DNA of 64,000 bases from Candidatus Babelota bacterium. Its GTDB lineage: Bacteria > Babelota > Babeliae > Babelales > CAIQNR01. Positions 47,963 through 58,034 of this stretch are shown piece after piece. The translations under genes and the position numbers were made by a program. The notes beneath the pieces were generated by a model. It was not told the DNA's origin. It saw only the letters and a list, made by a program, of their open reading frames with translations, and made no database searches. The DNA lies in the NCBI GenBank assembly GCA_965658655.1, contig CBFHTA010000001.1:232722-296721 (forward strand), read 5' to 3'. How positions within the stretch are numbered: the first letter of the stretch is position 1; each line of letters starts with the position of its first letter.

Positions 47963-50071
47963 TTAATCAATATCCATAACTGGCTCATCATCCATAACTG
48001 GCTCACCTGAGGATTCTTCTTCATCTTTACTTTCATAAGGATAAATGAATGTATCGAGTTCTGTTGGTATGTTTGGTTTTTGGCATGCAGGGCAAATGAC
48101 AGTACCATGATATCGCATTCTTTGTCCTACCCAGTCAGAGAATCCTGCAGTGCCTGTAAAGTTAGAACAGCAATTTAGAAAGTGTAATTCTTCGTCTTTT
48201 TCAAAAGGCGCTAAAGTAATAGGATCTTCGGATTGTTCTTGAATAGCACGTTTTTTAATAAGTTCTTTGATTTGATTTTTATTAACTTTTTGATCTTCAC
48301 TAGTTGCTGGATATGCATTAGCTATTTTGTATGCATTATGTCCTGCAGATGTAACTCTCTTAAAAGAAACTCTTGGGTCATCAAGTAATGCTTTTATAGT
48401 ATTAATATGACCATTTATAGAGGCAATACCAAGTGCAGAAAACTGCCTTCCGTCATCGCCCTTCATCGCAACAGCATTAGGTTCAACTCTTGGGTCAGCA
48501 AGTAACGCTTGTGCCAGAGCAGCACGATCATAACGAGCAGCAAGGCCAAGTGCAGTGGTTTGTGATCCATTAGGAAAAGTAGCCTGAAAACCATTAGGTT
48601 CAACTCTTGGGTCAGCAAGTAACGATTTTATAGTATTAATATTACCATTTATAGAGGCAAGACCAAGTGCAGAAAAATCCCTTCCTTTATCGTCCTTAAT
48701 CGCACAAGCATTAGGCTCAACTTTTGGGTCAGCAAGTAACGCTTGTGCCAGAGCAGCACGGTCATAACGAGCAGCAAGGCCAAGTGCAGTGATTTGTGAT
48801 CCATCAGGAAAAGTAGCCTGAAAACCATTAGGTTCAACTCTTTCATCAGCAAGTAATGCTTGTGCCGAAGCGGTCTGGTTTGCGATAGAAGCAGCTCCAA
48901 GTGGGGTGACTTCTGCTTTATATTTTGTCTGCGCAACAGCATTAGGTTTAATTCTTTCATCAGCAAGTAATGCTTTTACCGTATTAATATGACCATTTTG
49001 AGAGGCAATAGAAAGTGCTGTATGCCTTGTTCCTTGAGGATCAATAATTAAAGAATTGGGGTTAGTTCTTTCATCAGCAAGGAGTGCTTTTACCGTATTA
49101 ATATGACCATTTTGAGAGGCAAGGCCAAGTGCCGTATGCCTTCTTCCTTGAGGATCAATAAAGGACAAAGAATTGGGGTTAGTTCTTTCATCAGCAAGGA
49201 GTGCTTTTACAGTAGCAACATGACCTTTTTTAACAGCAAGGCCAAGTGCCGTATGCCTTTTTCCTTGAGGATCAATAAAGGAAAAAACATTGGGGTTAGT
49301 TCTTTCATCAGCAAGGAGTGCTGTTACAGTATCTGTATCACCTTTTATAGAGGCAATGCCAAGTGCCGCCTGTTTTCTTCCATTAGAAGCAATTCCGGAA
49401 ACAGCATTAGGGTCAATTCTTGGGTGAGCAAGGAGTGCTGTTACAGTATCTGTATCACCTTCTATAGAGGCAATGCTAAGTGCTGCATGTTTTGTTCCGT
49501 TAGGATCAATAAAGGAAAAGGCGTTAGGGTCAATTCTTCGGTCAGCAAGGAGTGCTTGTACAGTAGCAGTACGCCGATTTTGACAGGCAATACCGAGTGC
49601 ATTACATTGTGATTGGTTTTTATCAAGATATTGATAAGCGTTAGGGTCAATTCTTCGGTCAGCAAGGAGTGCTTGTACAGTAGCAGTATGGCCATTTTGA
49701 GAGGCAACACCGAGTGCGGTAAGCTGTGTTCCATTAGGATGAATAGATTGATAAACTGTAGGGTCAATTCTTGGGTGCTTAAGGAGTGCTTGTACAGTCG
49801 CAGTATGGCCGTGACGAGAGGCCACACCAAGCCCAGACACTTGTATTCCATCAGGTTCCATTATTAACATATTGGGATCAAAGTCAAAAGACCCATTGAG
49901 TAAGCTTTGTAGAGCTTTTATATCCTGGTTTTTACAGGCTTCAATAAACTTTATTTGATTGTGCATAGTTGATTCATCTGCACTTCCTGCATAAGGGTTA
50001 TTGTCACTTGTAAAAATACAACCTGTATACACCAAAGATAACCCAAGAAAAAGTAGGCTTTTAACTTTCAT
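47963..50071 (-). CDS. Secreted ankyrin-RING/U-box-like protein (copy C)
   Basis: Signal peptide; about 14 ankyrin repeats; DPITLAPF..LNCCSNF..W..CPAC; ATG at 50071 after GGAGA. Confidence 0.88.
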   Translation of the reverse strand: MKVKSLLFLGLSLVYTGCIFTSDNNPYAGSADESTMHNQIKFIEACKNQDIKALQSLLNGSFDFDPNMLIMEPDGIQVSGLGVASRHGHTATVQALLKHPRIDPTVYQSIHPNGTQLTALGVASQNGHTATVQALLADRRIDPNAYQYLDKNQSQCNALGIACQNRRTATVQALLADRRIDPNAFSFIDPNGTKHAALSIASIEGDTDTVTALLAHPRIDPNAVSGIASNGRKQAALGIASIKGDTDTVTALLADERTNPNVFSFIDPQGKRHTALGLAVKKGHVATVKALLADERTNPNSLSFIDPQGRRHTALGLASQNGHINTVKALLADERTNPNSLIIDPQGTRHTALSIASQNGHINTVKALLADERIKPNAVAQTKYKAEVTPLGAASIANQTASAQALLADERVEPNGFQATFPDGSQITALGLAARYDRAALAQALLADPKVEPNACAIKDDKGRDFSALGLASINGNINTIKSLLADPRVEPNGFQATFPNGSQTTALGLAARYDRAALAQALLADPRVEPNAVAMKGDDGRQFSALGIASINGHINTIKALLDDPRVSFKRVTSAGHNAYKIANAYPATSEDQKVNKNQIKELIKKRAIQEQSEDPITLAPFEKDEELHFLNCCSNFTGTAGFSDWVGQRMRYHGTVICPACQKPNIPTELDTFIYPYESKDEEESSGEPVMDDEPVMDID

Positions 50072-50108
50072 TTTGATCTCCATTTTAAATATTTTTATTA
50101 TAATTCTA

Positions 50109-50138
50109 ATTGTAAATAAGCGATATGGTCGTTGTCAA
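50109..50138 (-). promoter_or_regulatory. Putative sigma70 promoter of copy C
   Basis: TTGACA-18 bp-TACAAT; flanks shared with the copy A promoter. Confidence 0.6.
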
Positions 50139-50172
50139 CAGTATATGTACATTAAGCATTGTGCAAAGGTGC

Positions 50173-50225
50173 TTTTATAAAGAGATAAGCTTAAAAAATT
50201 ATTTTTAGTTTATCTCTTTATAAAA
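50173..50225. repeat. 16-bp inverted repeat in a divergent intergenic region
   Basis: TTTTATAAAGAGATAA ... TTATCTCTTTATAAAA. Confidence 0.85.
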
Positions 50226-50335
50226 TTTATAATTGTAGCCTTTAAGGCTCAGGCCTTTTTTATCTATTTTTATCTTTTTCTCTGGCCGAGAGAATGTTTT
50301 TTCGATAAGCTCTAGGCATCATAAAGGGTCCCTTC

Positions 50336-53056
50336 ATGCGTAATTTTCGTTTACTGTCAAAAATAGTTTTATCTCTTTTTCTAGGTCTTTTCTTGGCTTT
50401 GGCATGGTTTCAATTTGATGAACGATTTATTGCGCTCGCAAATAGTGGTATGGAAAAAGTTTTTGAAAAACAGTTGAATTGTCAATTTAAAGGAAAGGTG
50501 GTTCGAGTAAATCCGTTTTTATTAACCATTCATTTTGAAGATGTACAAGTAGAACCTTTTGATATGAGTAATAACTGGTCTTGGAGTGTTGCTCAAATGA
50601 CCATGAAGCTTTCATTTCTTGAGTATCTTTACTACGGTGCTTTTGGGCTACACGTAAATCTTACAACATTGCATTCCTTCTCTGGGCTCAAAAAAAATGG
50701 TGTTCCTATGGTAAGCGATCATTTGCTAGATCTTTTTGCAGGAGCTAACTTTAGTGTGCCCATTTCATTTCAAACAGTTGCAATTGTTGATGGTTCGTTA
50801 CTTGTTGACGATGTTGATAGAAAAGTTTCATTCATATGTCATTGGAATAGTAATGCAGGGAAAGCGGGCAGAGATTTTAAGTCTAAGTTTTATCTTTCAG
50901 ATACCTCTTTAACGTTAGATAATAAAAAAATATTTGAGCAATTTAGTGGACAAATAACATTTGATGCTTTGCATGGCAATGCGTTTATTAGGATGGCAAC
51001 CGATGCTATGTTTATGTTGCCGCAGTTACCAGAAGATCAACGAGATTGTTACGTTCTTGGTTCTTGGGATAAGAATGCAGGAAGCTTTGTGGTTTACAAT
51101 CAAGATAGAACATTGTCCTTTGTTCCTATTGAATTGGTGATGGGTAAAAAGGGTCTGTTGGTGAATGCTGAAGGGGTGATTTTATTAGAATATTTAAAGC
51201 GATTTTTTTATCCGCATATATCACAAACACTTAAGGGCATGGGTTACTTAAAAGTTTCTGGAGATCTTAACGGATCGTTGCAGACAAAAGTGCGTATGCA
51301 AGATGTGGGTTATGGTAGTTATTTGTTAGATGAATTGTATGGTGATGTAATGCATGTTTCTTCTGAATGGCGTGGCTCAATTGGTGCCACTAAAAATAAT
51401 GCTGCAGTAACTGGTACATGGTGGTGGTCTGATAGTGTTAAACAGGGAGTAGTACAATTGGTTAATAGAAATACCTTACCTTTTTTAACAAGTACTTATT
51501 GGCAGACTTTGCCAGGAAGAACTGCGCTGCAGATTGTATTTAAAAACGATGGTAATGGTAAATTAGAGTATGTTACACAGCTTGCGCATAAAAAAACTGA
51601 GCATACTGTAAACAGTTCAGGTACGGTGACACATACGAATACCACCATTAAATGTAGCGGATCAGTGGGAGACAACACTTATACAGCAACGGTAAATACC
51701 AAGCCGATGTGGCTAAAGTCATTTATATATGCCAATGGTGCCAAGAAGAAATTGATCACTTTAACTACTAATAAACAAAATAAATTTTCTTTGTCTTTTG
51801 ATTATGATGCTGCCCAAATGTTTGCGCTTGATTGGTTAGATCTTGATCTATATGGGCAAGGAGTTTTTGATGTTTCAGGTTGTATGGAATTTCCTAAATT
51901 TGTGGGAACACTTTCCTTTAAGAATGGAACTATTCGTCCAGCAGGGATGTATAATTTTATCTCAGATATTACAGCTCGATTTATTGGTGATGTTAATAAA
52001 AAAGAATGTAGTATAAAAGATACACTTATTACACTTCATCAAGGGAAAATAGTAAGTGACAAAATTTCCTGCTTCTTTAACGATGATGGTTCAGTTTATG
52101 GATTGCATAGTCCATTTAGGTTTGAAAGTTGTTTTTTAAATTGGAGTAAATACTTATACGCTATTTGTACCGGGAGCTTTGTGCTTCAAGTTGGATCGGG
52201 GGTAGAGAATGCTCTTGATGGATTCCTTGTGTTTGAACGTTCACAATTTAAAGAAAATATCTTTGCTCTTCAGACACAAAAAAGTGCAATTAACGCTTTA
52301 CCAAGACAACATGCTTTAAGTTCTTTATCTTTAAACCTTGGAGTATCTACGCAGGCTCCTTTACTTGTGTCTACACCTCATTTACAAACACAGGCAATTT
52401 TAGATTGGTTTTTAACTGGAAAATTAGGTGCTCCAGAGTTGCAAGGATCATTGCAATTAAAAGGTGGAAAACTGGTATTTCCTGGACAAACATTGGCTAT
52501 TTCTCAAGGTAAGCTTACGTTTGCTCCTACGCATTCTGAAGATCCTCTTCTTGATTTAACAGCACAAGCGCGTATTAAAAAATATTTGGTAACCATGAAT
52601 ATTGGTGGAACCATTAAAGAACCGGAAGTTCTTTTACAAGCAACACCAGGGCTTTCTGAAGAGCAAATTATTATGTTACTACTGACGGGAAGTGAGCAAG
52701 AATCTTTTAATATTATGGTTCCATCGCTGGTTATGCGTAACCTAGAAACTATTCTTTTTGGTCCATCAAAAGCGTTGGGCCATGCTTCGAACACGCTTTC
52801 CTCTTGGTTAAAGCCTTTAGAAAAAGTAACGTTTGTACCTCGATTTAATGATCAAACAGGAACGGGAGGCTTTAAGGGAGTGCTTGAGGTAGAAGTAAGT
52901 AAGCGATTGCGCGCAGTTCTGGAGAAAGACTTTAGTTTGGCAGAAGATACTGCGGCAGAAATAGAGTATCTTGCTTCCGATGATGTAAGTTTTAAAGTTA
53001 ATAGAGATGAGCGTGGCGATATTGGCGCTGAGGTAGAGATGCGATTTAAATTTTAA
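50336..53056 (+). CDS. tamB: TamB/AsmA-like (DUF490) protein
   Basis: N-terminal TM; beta-rich body; DPLLDLTA..GTIKEPEV..PGLSEEQIIMLLLTG; ends RFKF. Confidence 0.85.
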   Translation: MRNFRLLSKIVLSLFLGLFLALAWFQFDERFIALANSGMEKVFEKQLNCQFKGKVVRVNPFLLTIHFEDVQVEPFDMSNNWSWSVAQMTMKLSFLEYLYYGAFGLHVNLTTLHSFSGLKKNGVPMVSDHLLDLFAGANFSVPISFQTVAIVDGSLLVDDVDRKVSFICHWNSNAGKAGRDFKSKFYLSDTSLTLDNKKIFEQFSGQITFDALHGNAFIRMATDAMFMLPQLPEDQRDCYVLGSWDKNAGSFVVYNQDRTLSFVPIELVMGKKGLLVNAEGVILLEYLKRFFYPHISQTLKGMGYLKVSGDLNGSLQTKVRMQDVGYGSYLLDELYGDVMHVSSEWRGSIGATKNNAAVTGTWWWSDSVKQGVVQLVNRNTLPFLTSTYWQTLPGRTALQIVFKNDGNGKLEYVTQLAHKKTEHTVNSSGTVTHTNTTIKCSGSVGDNTYTATVNTKPMWLKSFIYANGAKKKLITLTTNKQNKFSLSFDYDAAQMFALDWLDLDLYGQGVFDVSGCMEFPKFVGTLSFKNGTIRPAGMYNFISDITARFIGDVNKKECSIKDTLITLHQGKIVSDKISCFFNDDGSVYGLHSPFRFESCFLNWSKYLYAICTGSFVLQVGSGVENALDGFLVFERSQFKENIFALQTQKSAINALPRQHALSSLSLNLGVSTQAPLLVSTPHLQTQAILDWFLTGKLGAPELQGSLQLKGGKLVFPGQTLAISQGKLTFAPTHSEDPLLDLTAQARIKKYLVTMNIGGTIKEPEVLLQATPGLSEEQIIMLLLTGSEQESFNIMVPSLVMRNLETILFGPSKALGHASNTLSSWLKPLEKVTFVPRFNDQTGTGGFKGVLEVEVSKRLRAVLEKDFSLAEDTAAEIEYLASDDVSFKVNRDERGDIGAEVEMRFKF

Positions 53057-53103
53057 AAAATTATTGCCTTTCTTATTTCTAGTTATGTACAGTTTTCAAG
53101 ACT

Positions 53104-53877
53104 TTGATTAAACCGAGGGGAAGGGGGAACGCGATGAGAATAGGGATGTGTGGTGTGAGCAAGAAAAAAATGCTCGCACCATTTCTATTTATAACGATTC
53201 TCTTCGCTAAGCAAGATGTTTTTGACCCTCAAGATTGTGTGCAATTTACCAAACGAACGCTAAAAAACAATGGTACTATCGACCGTGTGTTTTTCCCTTT
53301 AGACGATGCGTATATTGTTCAAAAATTACTCATTGGTCTTATAGAAATGGAACAAAATAAGATCTGCGCACTTATGTTTCGGCTCACTAATCAACCCATT
53401 ACCGAGGCTTTAATTCGTGCAAAAAAACGTGGGGTAGAAATAAAACTTGTGGTAGATTCAGGAGCTTTGGCGCTTGCGCATTATAGTCGTGTACACATGT
53501 TAACCATGGTTAACGTTCCTCTTAATGTGTATCAACCAATGTCAGTTAGTGGTACAGGGCGTGGGTACCAATCGTTGATGCACCAAAAAACACTGATTTT
53601 TTCTAATACGTTTGGTCGTCAAGTTGTAGCAACTGGGTCTTTGAATTATACCTATGCAGCATTTAACGGTAATGAAGAGATGGTTTCTATTAGGAACGAT
53701 AGTCAGATTTTCAATGCTCACAGTAAAAACTTTTCTCGAGTGTTTGAGCGCTCTCATTGTTATGAAACTCAGCAGCATCGACTACCATCTACGTCTGTTC
53801 GCCCTTACGCAAAACTTCCATATGACCTTCGCGTTTCTTTAAAATTAAATAGATTATTGCGGGGAATAAAAAAATAG
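53104..53877 (+). CDS. PLD-family (Nuc-like) single-domain protein
   Basis: ALIRAKKRGVEI, MHQK, TGSLNYT, NEE; the HKD Asp position is Ser; start uncertain. Confidence 0.85.
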   Translation: MIKPRGRGNAMRIGMCGVSKKKMLAPFLFITILFAKQDVFDPQDCVQFTKRTLKNNGTIDRVFFPLDDAYIVQKLLIGLIEMEQNKICALMFRLTNQPITEALIRAKKRGVEIKLVVDSGALALAHYSRVHMLTMVNVPLNVYQPMSVSGTGRGYQSLMHQKTLIFSNTFGRQVVATGSLNYTYAAFNGNEEMVSIRNDSQIFNAHSKNFSRVFERSHCYETQQHRLPSTSVRPYAKLPYDLRVSLKLNRLLRGIKK

Positions 53878-53960
53878 GCTAAGAGATCAATCGCTTCATT
53901 ACCACGACTCTTTCTTAGCCGACGTTGAATCTATTTCATTTCTTAAAAAATTGCAACTCT

Positions 53961-54911
53961 TTAAATTTGAGAAGTCTTTTTTAAATGTGAAAGAAGGTTT
54001 TTAAAATCGCCTGGTAATGGTGCTGTAAAGTGATACGCTTTGTTTTTAAAATTAAAAGAAATTTCTGAAGCATGGAGTGCGTGTCGCTTAATAACATGGA
54101 AATTTTTCCCATACATTTTATCACTTACTAATGGATGTCCGAGCGTTGTAAAGTGTACCCTAATTTGGTGTGTTCTTCCGGTTTCTGGGTATGCTTCAAC
54201 TACAGTGTGGTCATCAAAATAAGTTTGCACTTTATAACGTGTACGAGACACTCTGCCGTCTAATCGATGTGTCATCTTATTGCGAATGGTGTTGTGTCTG
54301 CCAATTGGAAAATCTATAGTACCTTCTTTTTCGGGATGGCCACAAACTACAGCAAGGTAGGTTTTTTGAATTGTTTTATCTTTGAACATAGCAGAAAATT
54401 GTTCGTGAGCTTCCTTGGTGAGAGGAACAATCATAAGACCCGAAGTTTCTTTGTCGAGTCGATGTACAATGCCAGGTCGATCTTTATAACCAACTTCTTT
54501 AATGTCTTTAAAGTGAGAAACAATCCAATCAATAATAGATACTTCATTGCTGTCTGCATGTGGTGGATGTGTAATGAGCCCAGCCGGTTTGTTGATGATA
54601 GCAAAATCTTTGTTTTGATGAATGAGTCCTACTCCAAGTTCATCTACTTCCTCTTTGCTTAATATATTTTTGGGTTTAGGGAGCGGTACACAAATGATTA
54701 CCGTGTCGCTTTCTTTAATAATAGCGCCAGCTTTGGTAGCGACCTTATCATTGATGGTTACGGCGTTTTCATCGATAAGTTTTTTAAACAGACTTCTGGA
54801 ATACCCAGGGAACTGTTCAGCCAGAAACAGATCAAGTCGGGTTTCGTGATGGTCTGTAGAGATCGTGAAATTATAAGATTCTCCGGGGCAAAGAAGTTGC
54901 CGTTCCTCCAT
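53961..54911 (-). CDS. rluD: RluA/RluD-family pseudouridine synthase
   Basis: S4 domain RLDLFL; NKPAG, HRLDKETSG, TGRTHQIRVH. Confidence 0.9.
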   Translation of the reverse strand: MEERQLLCPGESYNFTISTDHHETRLDLFLAEQFPGYSRSLFKKLIDENAVTINDKVATKAGAIIKESDTVIICVPLPKPKNILSKEEVDELGVGLIHQNKDFAIINKPAGLITHPPHADSNEVSIIDWIVSHFKDIKEVGYKDRPGIVHRLDKETSGLMIVPLTKEAHEQFSAMFKDKTIQKTYLAVVCGHPEKEGTIDFPIGRHNTIRNKMTHRLDGRVSRTRYKVQTYFDDHTVVEAYPETGRTHQIRVHFTTLGHPLVSDKMYGKNFHVIKRHALHASEISFNFKNKAYHFTAPLPGDFKNLLSHLKKTSQI

Positions 54912-55095
54912 TGAATATCCTTTATAGCTGGATTGATTGATTTGTGTCTTACATGGATGATGATAGAAAAGCTTGTAGGCAAAGTCAAATAGACAATGGA
55001 GGGGGTTTCCTATAAAATCTAAGAAAAAGGAGCTCCTGAACATACTCTTGATTTTGCTGACAGGAGGTTAACTCTCTAACATATAGGGTAGGCTC

Positions 55096-56469
55096 ATGGT
55101 CCCAGAAAAACTATTTGCTGAAATAAGAAAAAATATAAAAGTGGTTATAAGTAAACGATCCGCTTTAGGTAAATCGCTTTGGCAAGAACTACTTAAGGCC
55201 CATCCAGCTGATATTGCTGCTTTCTTGGCGACTTTAAGCGTTGAGGACTTTAAGAAACTTTATGTAAATTTGCCCAATGATATTGGATGTGCAGTTTTCC
55301 GGGAATTTTCTGAACCACTTCAGGCTTTGTCTTTAGGGTCTCTAAGTGATGGAATGCGGATTGACGCTCTTGGTTGTTTGACCACCGATGAGCTTACAGA
55401 CTTGTTCGAAAATCTTTCTGACGCAGACTTGAAGCATTATTTAAACCTGTTGCATAAAAAGGATCGAGAAAAGGTTTTGGATCTTTTAAAATTTAATCCT
55501 GAATCTGCTGGCGGGGTGATGGACACAGATGCTCTTGCCTTAAACGATGATTTAACCGTTCACAAAAGTATTCAACTGTTGCAGCGGTTAGAAGTTGATC
55601 AAGAAATTCATCGGCAGATTTTTGTAATTAATCCAGAAAAGCGTTTAGTAGGACATATTTTTTTAGAAGATTTGGTTATTCAAAAGCCTCAAAAATTACT
55701 GAGCTCAATCTTAAGAAACAATATTTATATAGCTCAAGCTGATGACGATCAAGAGACTGTAGCCAACAAGATGGTTCACTACAATTTGTCTATTGTTCCG
55801 GTTGTGGGCAAAGATAATTTCTTTTTGGGAGTTATTACAAGTCAGACATTAGTAGATATTATTGGAGAAGAATCAGCAGAAAATGTGTATCGCATGTCTG
55901 CCATGACTCCGGTGAAGGGCACTTACTTTGACGTCTCGTTCTTTAGATTACTCTATGAGCGTAGCTATATTTTGATTATTTTGCTGCTCGCCCAATCGGT
56001 TTCTAGCTTTATTATTGATAGCTATGAAGTATTGTTGACTGGTCTCTTAATGCAATTTTTGACCATGTTGACTAGTACTGGGGGTAATGCAAGTAGCCAG
56101 ACCTCAGCTATTATTATTCAGGGTATGGCCTCTGGAGAGATTAATAAGAATAATTTAAGGCGCTTTTTTAAGCGAGAAATTGTTATTGCTAGCGCCATAG
56201 CCTTAATTTTGGGCGGAACTGCTTTTACTCGAGTTTATATTACCAGTGCAAATTTGGTGGCAAGTGTGGCAGTTGGTTTGTCTATTTTTGTAATTGTTAT
56301 GGTTTCTATTGTGATGGGAAGTGTGATCCCAGTTTTCTTGAGAAGATTGCGCATTGACCCCGCCTACTCGGCCGGTCCGGTGCTTGCAACCCTCATGGAT
56401 ATTGTGGGATTAATGATCTATTGTTCAATTAGTCAGGCTATTTTCACATATTTTAAGAACTTTTCTTGA
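55096..56469 (+). CDS. mgtE: Magnesium transporter MgtE
   Basis: HPADIA, SAGGVM, CBS pair, GGNASSQ, IDPAYSAGP..TLMD. Confidence 0.93.
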   Translation: MVPEKLFAEIRKNIKVVISKRSALGKSLWQELLKAHPADIAAFLATLSVEDFKKLYVNLPNDIGCAVFREFSEPLQALSLGSLSDGMRIDALGCLTTDELTDLFENLSDADLKHYLNLLHKKDREKVLDLLKFNPESAGGVMDTDALALNDDLTVHKSIQLLQRLEVDQEIHRQIFVINPEKRLVGHIFLEDLVIQKPQKLLSSILRNNIYIAQADDDQETVANKMVHYNLSIVPVVGKDNFFLGVITSQTLVDIIGEESAENVYRMSAMTPVKGTYFDVSFFRLLYERSYILIILLLAQSVSSFIIDSYEVLLTGLLMQFLTMLTSTGGNASSQTSAIIIQGMASGEINKNNLRRFFKREIVIASAIALILGGTAFTRVYITSANLVASVAVGLSIFVIVMVSIVMGSVIPVFLRRLRIDPAYSAGPVLATLMDIVGLMIYCSISQAIFTYFKNFS

Positions 56470-56494
56470 CAAAAAGGGCAGTCATTTATACCTT
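56466..56494 (+). promoter_or_regulatory. Putative promoter of the tRNA pair
   Basis: TTGACA-17 bp-TACCTT. Confidence 0.5.
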
Positions 56495-56529
56495 ATAGAT
56501 AACCTTTCAGTAGGTTTTGAAATTTTAGT

Positions 56530-56605
56530 GGGCCGCTAGCTCAGTTGGTAGAGCAACAGCCTTTTAAGCTGTGGGTCGCTGGTTCGAGCCCAGCGCGGCT
56601 CACCA
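56530..56605 (+). tRNA. tRNA-Lys(UUU)
   Basis: 76-nt cloverleaf; anticodon arm ACAGC-CTTTTAA-GCTGT; GTTCGA; CCA end. Confidence 0.97.
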
Positions 56606-56735
56606 ATCTCTCTCAAATGGGAGATTGTGTGAACCATCTTTTCTTTCTTCAAAGATGGTATTTTCATGGTTCCGAGTCATTCTGAATAATTTTTTTAAAG
56701 ATTATATATAAGAATTGATCAAGGAAATTTTATAG

Positions 56736-56811
56736 GTCCCCATCGTCTAGAGGCCTAGGACACCGCCCTTTCACGGCGGGAACAGGAGTTCGAATCTCCT
56801 TGGGGACGCCA
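56736..56811 (+). tRNA. tRNA-Glu(UUC)
   Basis: Acceptor stem GTCCCCA/TGGGGAC; anticodon arm CCGCC-CTTTCAC-GGCGG; CCA end. Confidence 0.97.
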
Positions 56812-57049
56812 ACTTATTCCTGGCTGATTACCTTCTAAAGACTTTCTTCTTGTTTTTATCAATTTCTTTATTTCATGCTGTTATTACTTTTATGACTTTC
56901 AGTATTATGATGATAAAACAAATGATTTAACATGGTTTGAATGTAGACCCTGTGTGTCTCTGTCCTATTATCTTCGGCTTAAGAATAATGCTTAACAAAT
57001 AAAGATTTTAGCTATTTTTAGCGAGTAAAAAATGCGTTTAACCTTGGAT

Positions 57050-57556
57050 TTAAATTTTTCGTGAATCGTAAGCCCAGTGTAGAATGGCCTGTCGCTGGCG
57101 AGGGCGGCATTCAAGGCATTTGGGTGGACAATTTTTTTTGACGGCACCAATGTGACGAGCAATTGCCTTCCAGCGTTTAATTTGCTTTTTATCTTCTTCT
57201 TCTATTCTTCTTCCCATCCAGTAGCGGCAATACCATTGGAACCAACCACGTGGGTCTTCTTTAAAAATCCATCCTTTACGTTTCCATTCTTTGAGTGATT
57301 GTGAGGCTTTTACTTTAAAGTAGTTAAGGTTTTTATCTGCGGTATCTTCTGCAAATTTTGCGTGAGTGAACCAATCTTTAGGGAATTCTTTTGTACAATC
57401 GCGCATGTAGACACCACCAAAAACTCCGAGTTTAAGCATTTGTTTAGGAGTAAGTTCTGGTTTAAATTCTGGGTCAAAATTTTTTCCTGGTAATTCGGTT
57501 CGATAGTAAACATAATTTTTTTGCATTTTATCGTTTACTGTTACTTTCTTCTTCAC
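57050..57556 (-). CDS. Conserved protein of unknown function (GVFGG / DPRGWFQWYCRY type)
   Basis: 168 aa; Trp/Arg-rich, motif-like blocks. Confidence 0.85.
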   Translation of the reverse strand: MKKKVTVNDKMQKNYVYYRTELPGKNFDPEFKPELTPKQMLKLGVFGGVYMRDCTKEFPKDWFTHAKFAEDTADKNLNYFKVKASQSLKEWKRKGWIFKEDPRGWFQWYCRYWMGRRIEEEDKKQIKRWKAIARHIGAVKKNCPPKCLECRPRQRQAILHWAYDSRKI

Positions 57557-57563
57557 TTTTTTC

Positions 57564-58034
57564 CTAATTTAATTGGTACAATCTAAAATTTAAAAAGAGT
57601 GCAAAACAGGACCATGTAAAATAAGGTATCATTAAATAAAAACTTATCATCTGGTTAAGGTAATATTCTTTCATTAAAAGGCTTATTGCTACAATCATCG
57701 CAGGAATAATCAAAAGTCCTCCTAAAATGCTATGCATACCAAAAAAGACTGGTGTCCAAGCTGCATTAAGAAGTAATTGTATAAAGTAGAGTTTGAGAAT
57801 GTTTTTTTTGTTCTTTGGCTTGTTGGTATATGCCATCCATACTGCCACTGCCATTAAAACATAAAGAACCGGCCAGACAGTGCCGAAAATCCAACCAGGA
57901 GGCGTCAAGTCTGATTTGTGGAGTGTTGAGTACCAAGGCTCTTTACTTGCTTGTGTTACAAGTCTCCCAATAAAAGAGGCAGACAATGTGATGGTTAGGA
58001 AAAAGAACAAGGATTGAGCCTTCTTTATAAACAT
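57564..58034 (-). CDS. tspO: TspO/MBR-family membrane protein
   Basis: WY..L.K...PPGWIFGTVW..LY, LNAAWTPVFF, PYFTW..FA..LN. Confidence 0.93.
   Translation of the reverse strand: MFIKKAQSLFFFLTITLSASFIGRLVTQASKEPWYSTLHKSDLTPPGWIFGTVWPVLYVLMAVAVWMAYTNKPKNKKNILKLYFIQLLLNAAWTPVFFGMHSILGGLLIIPAMIVAISLLMKEYYLNQMISFYLMIPYFTWSCFALFLNFRLYQLN

Noticed and set aside
47972..48005. 18-bp-period repeat encoding EPVMD twice at the end of copy C
   Set aside because: Real, but a trivial slippage in an acidic tail
45268..50071. Diversity-generating retroelement as the cause of near-identical C-termini
   Set aside because: No reverse transcriptase, all copies are coding, and I see no clear adenine-specific pattern; duplication and recombination suffice
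53877..53922. GGCTAAGA...TCTTAGCC inverted repeat between convergent genes
   Set aside because: Long irregular loop and no clear U-tract; too weak to call
56934..56966. GTTTGAATGTAGACC..., reminiscent of a CRISPR repeat start
   Set aside because: Single copy, no spacer periodicity, no cas genes in the window
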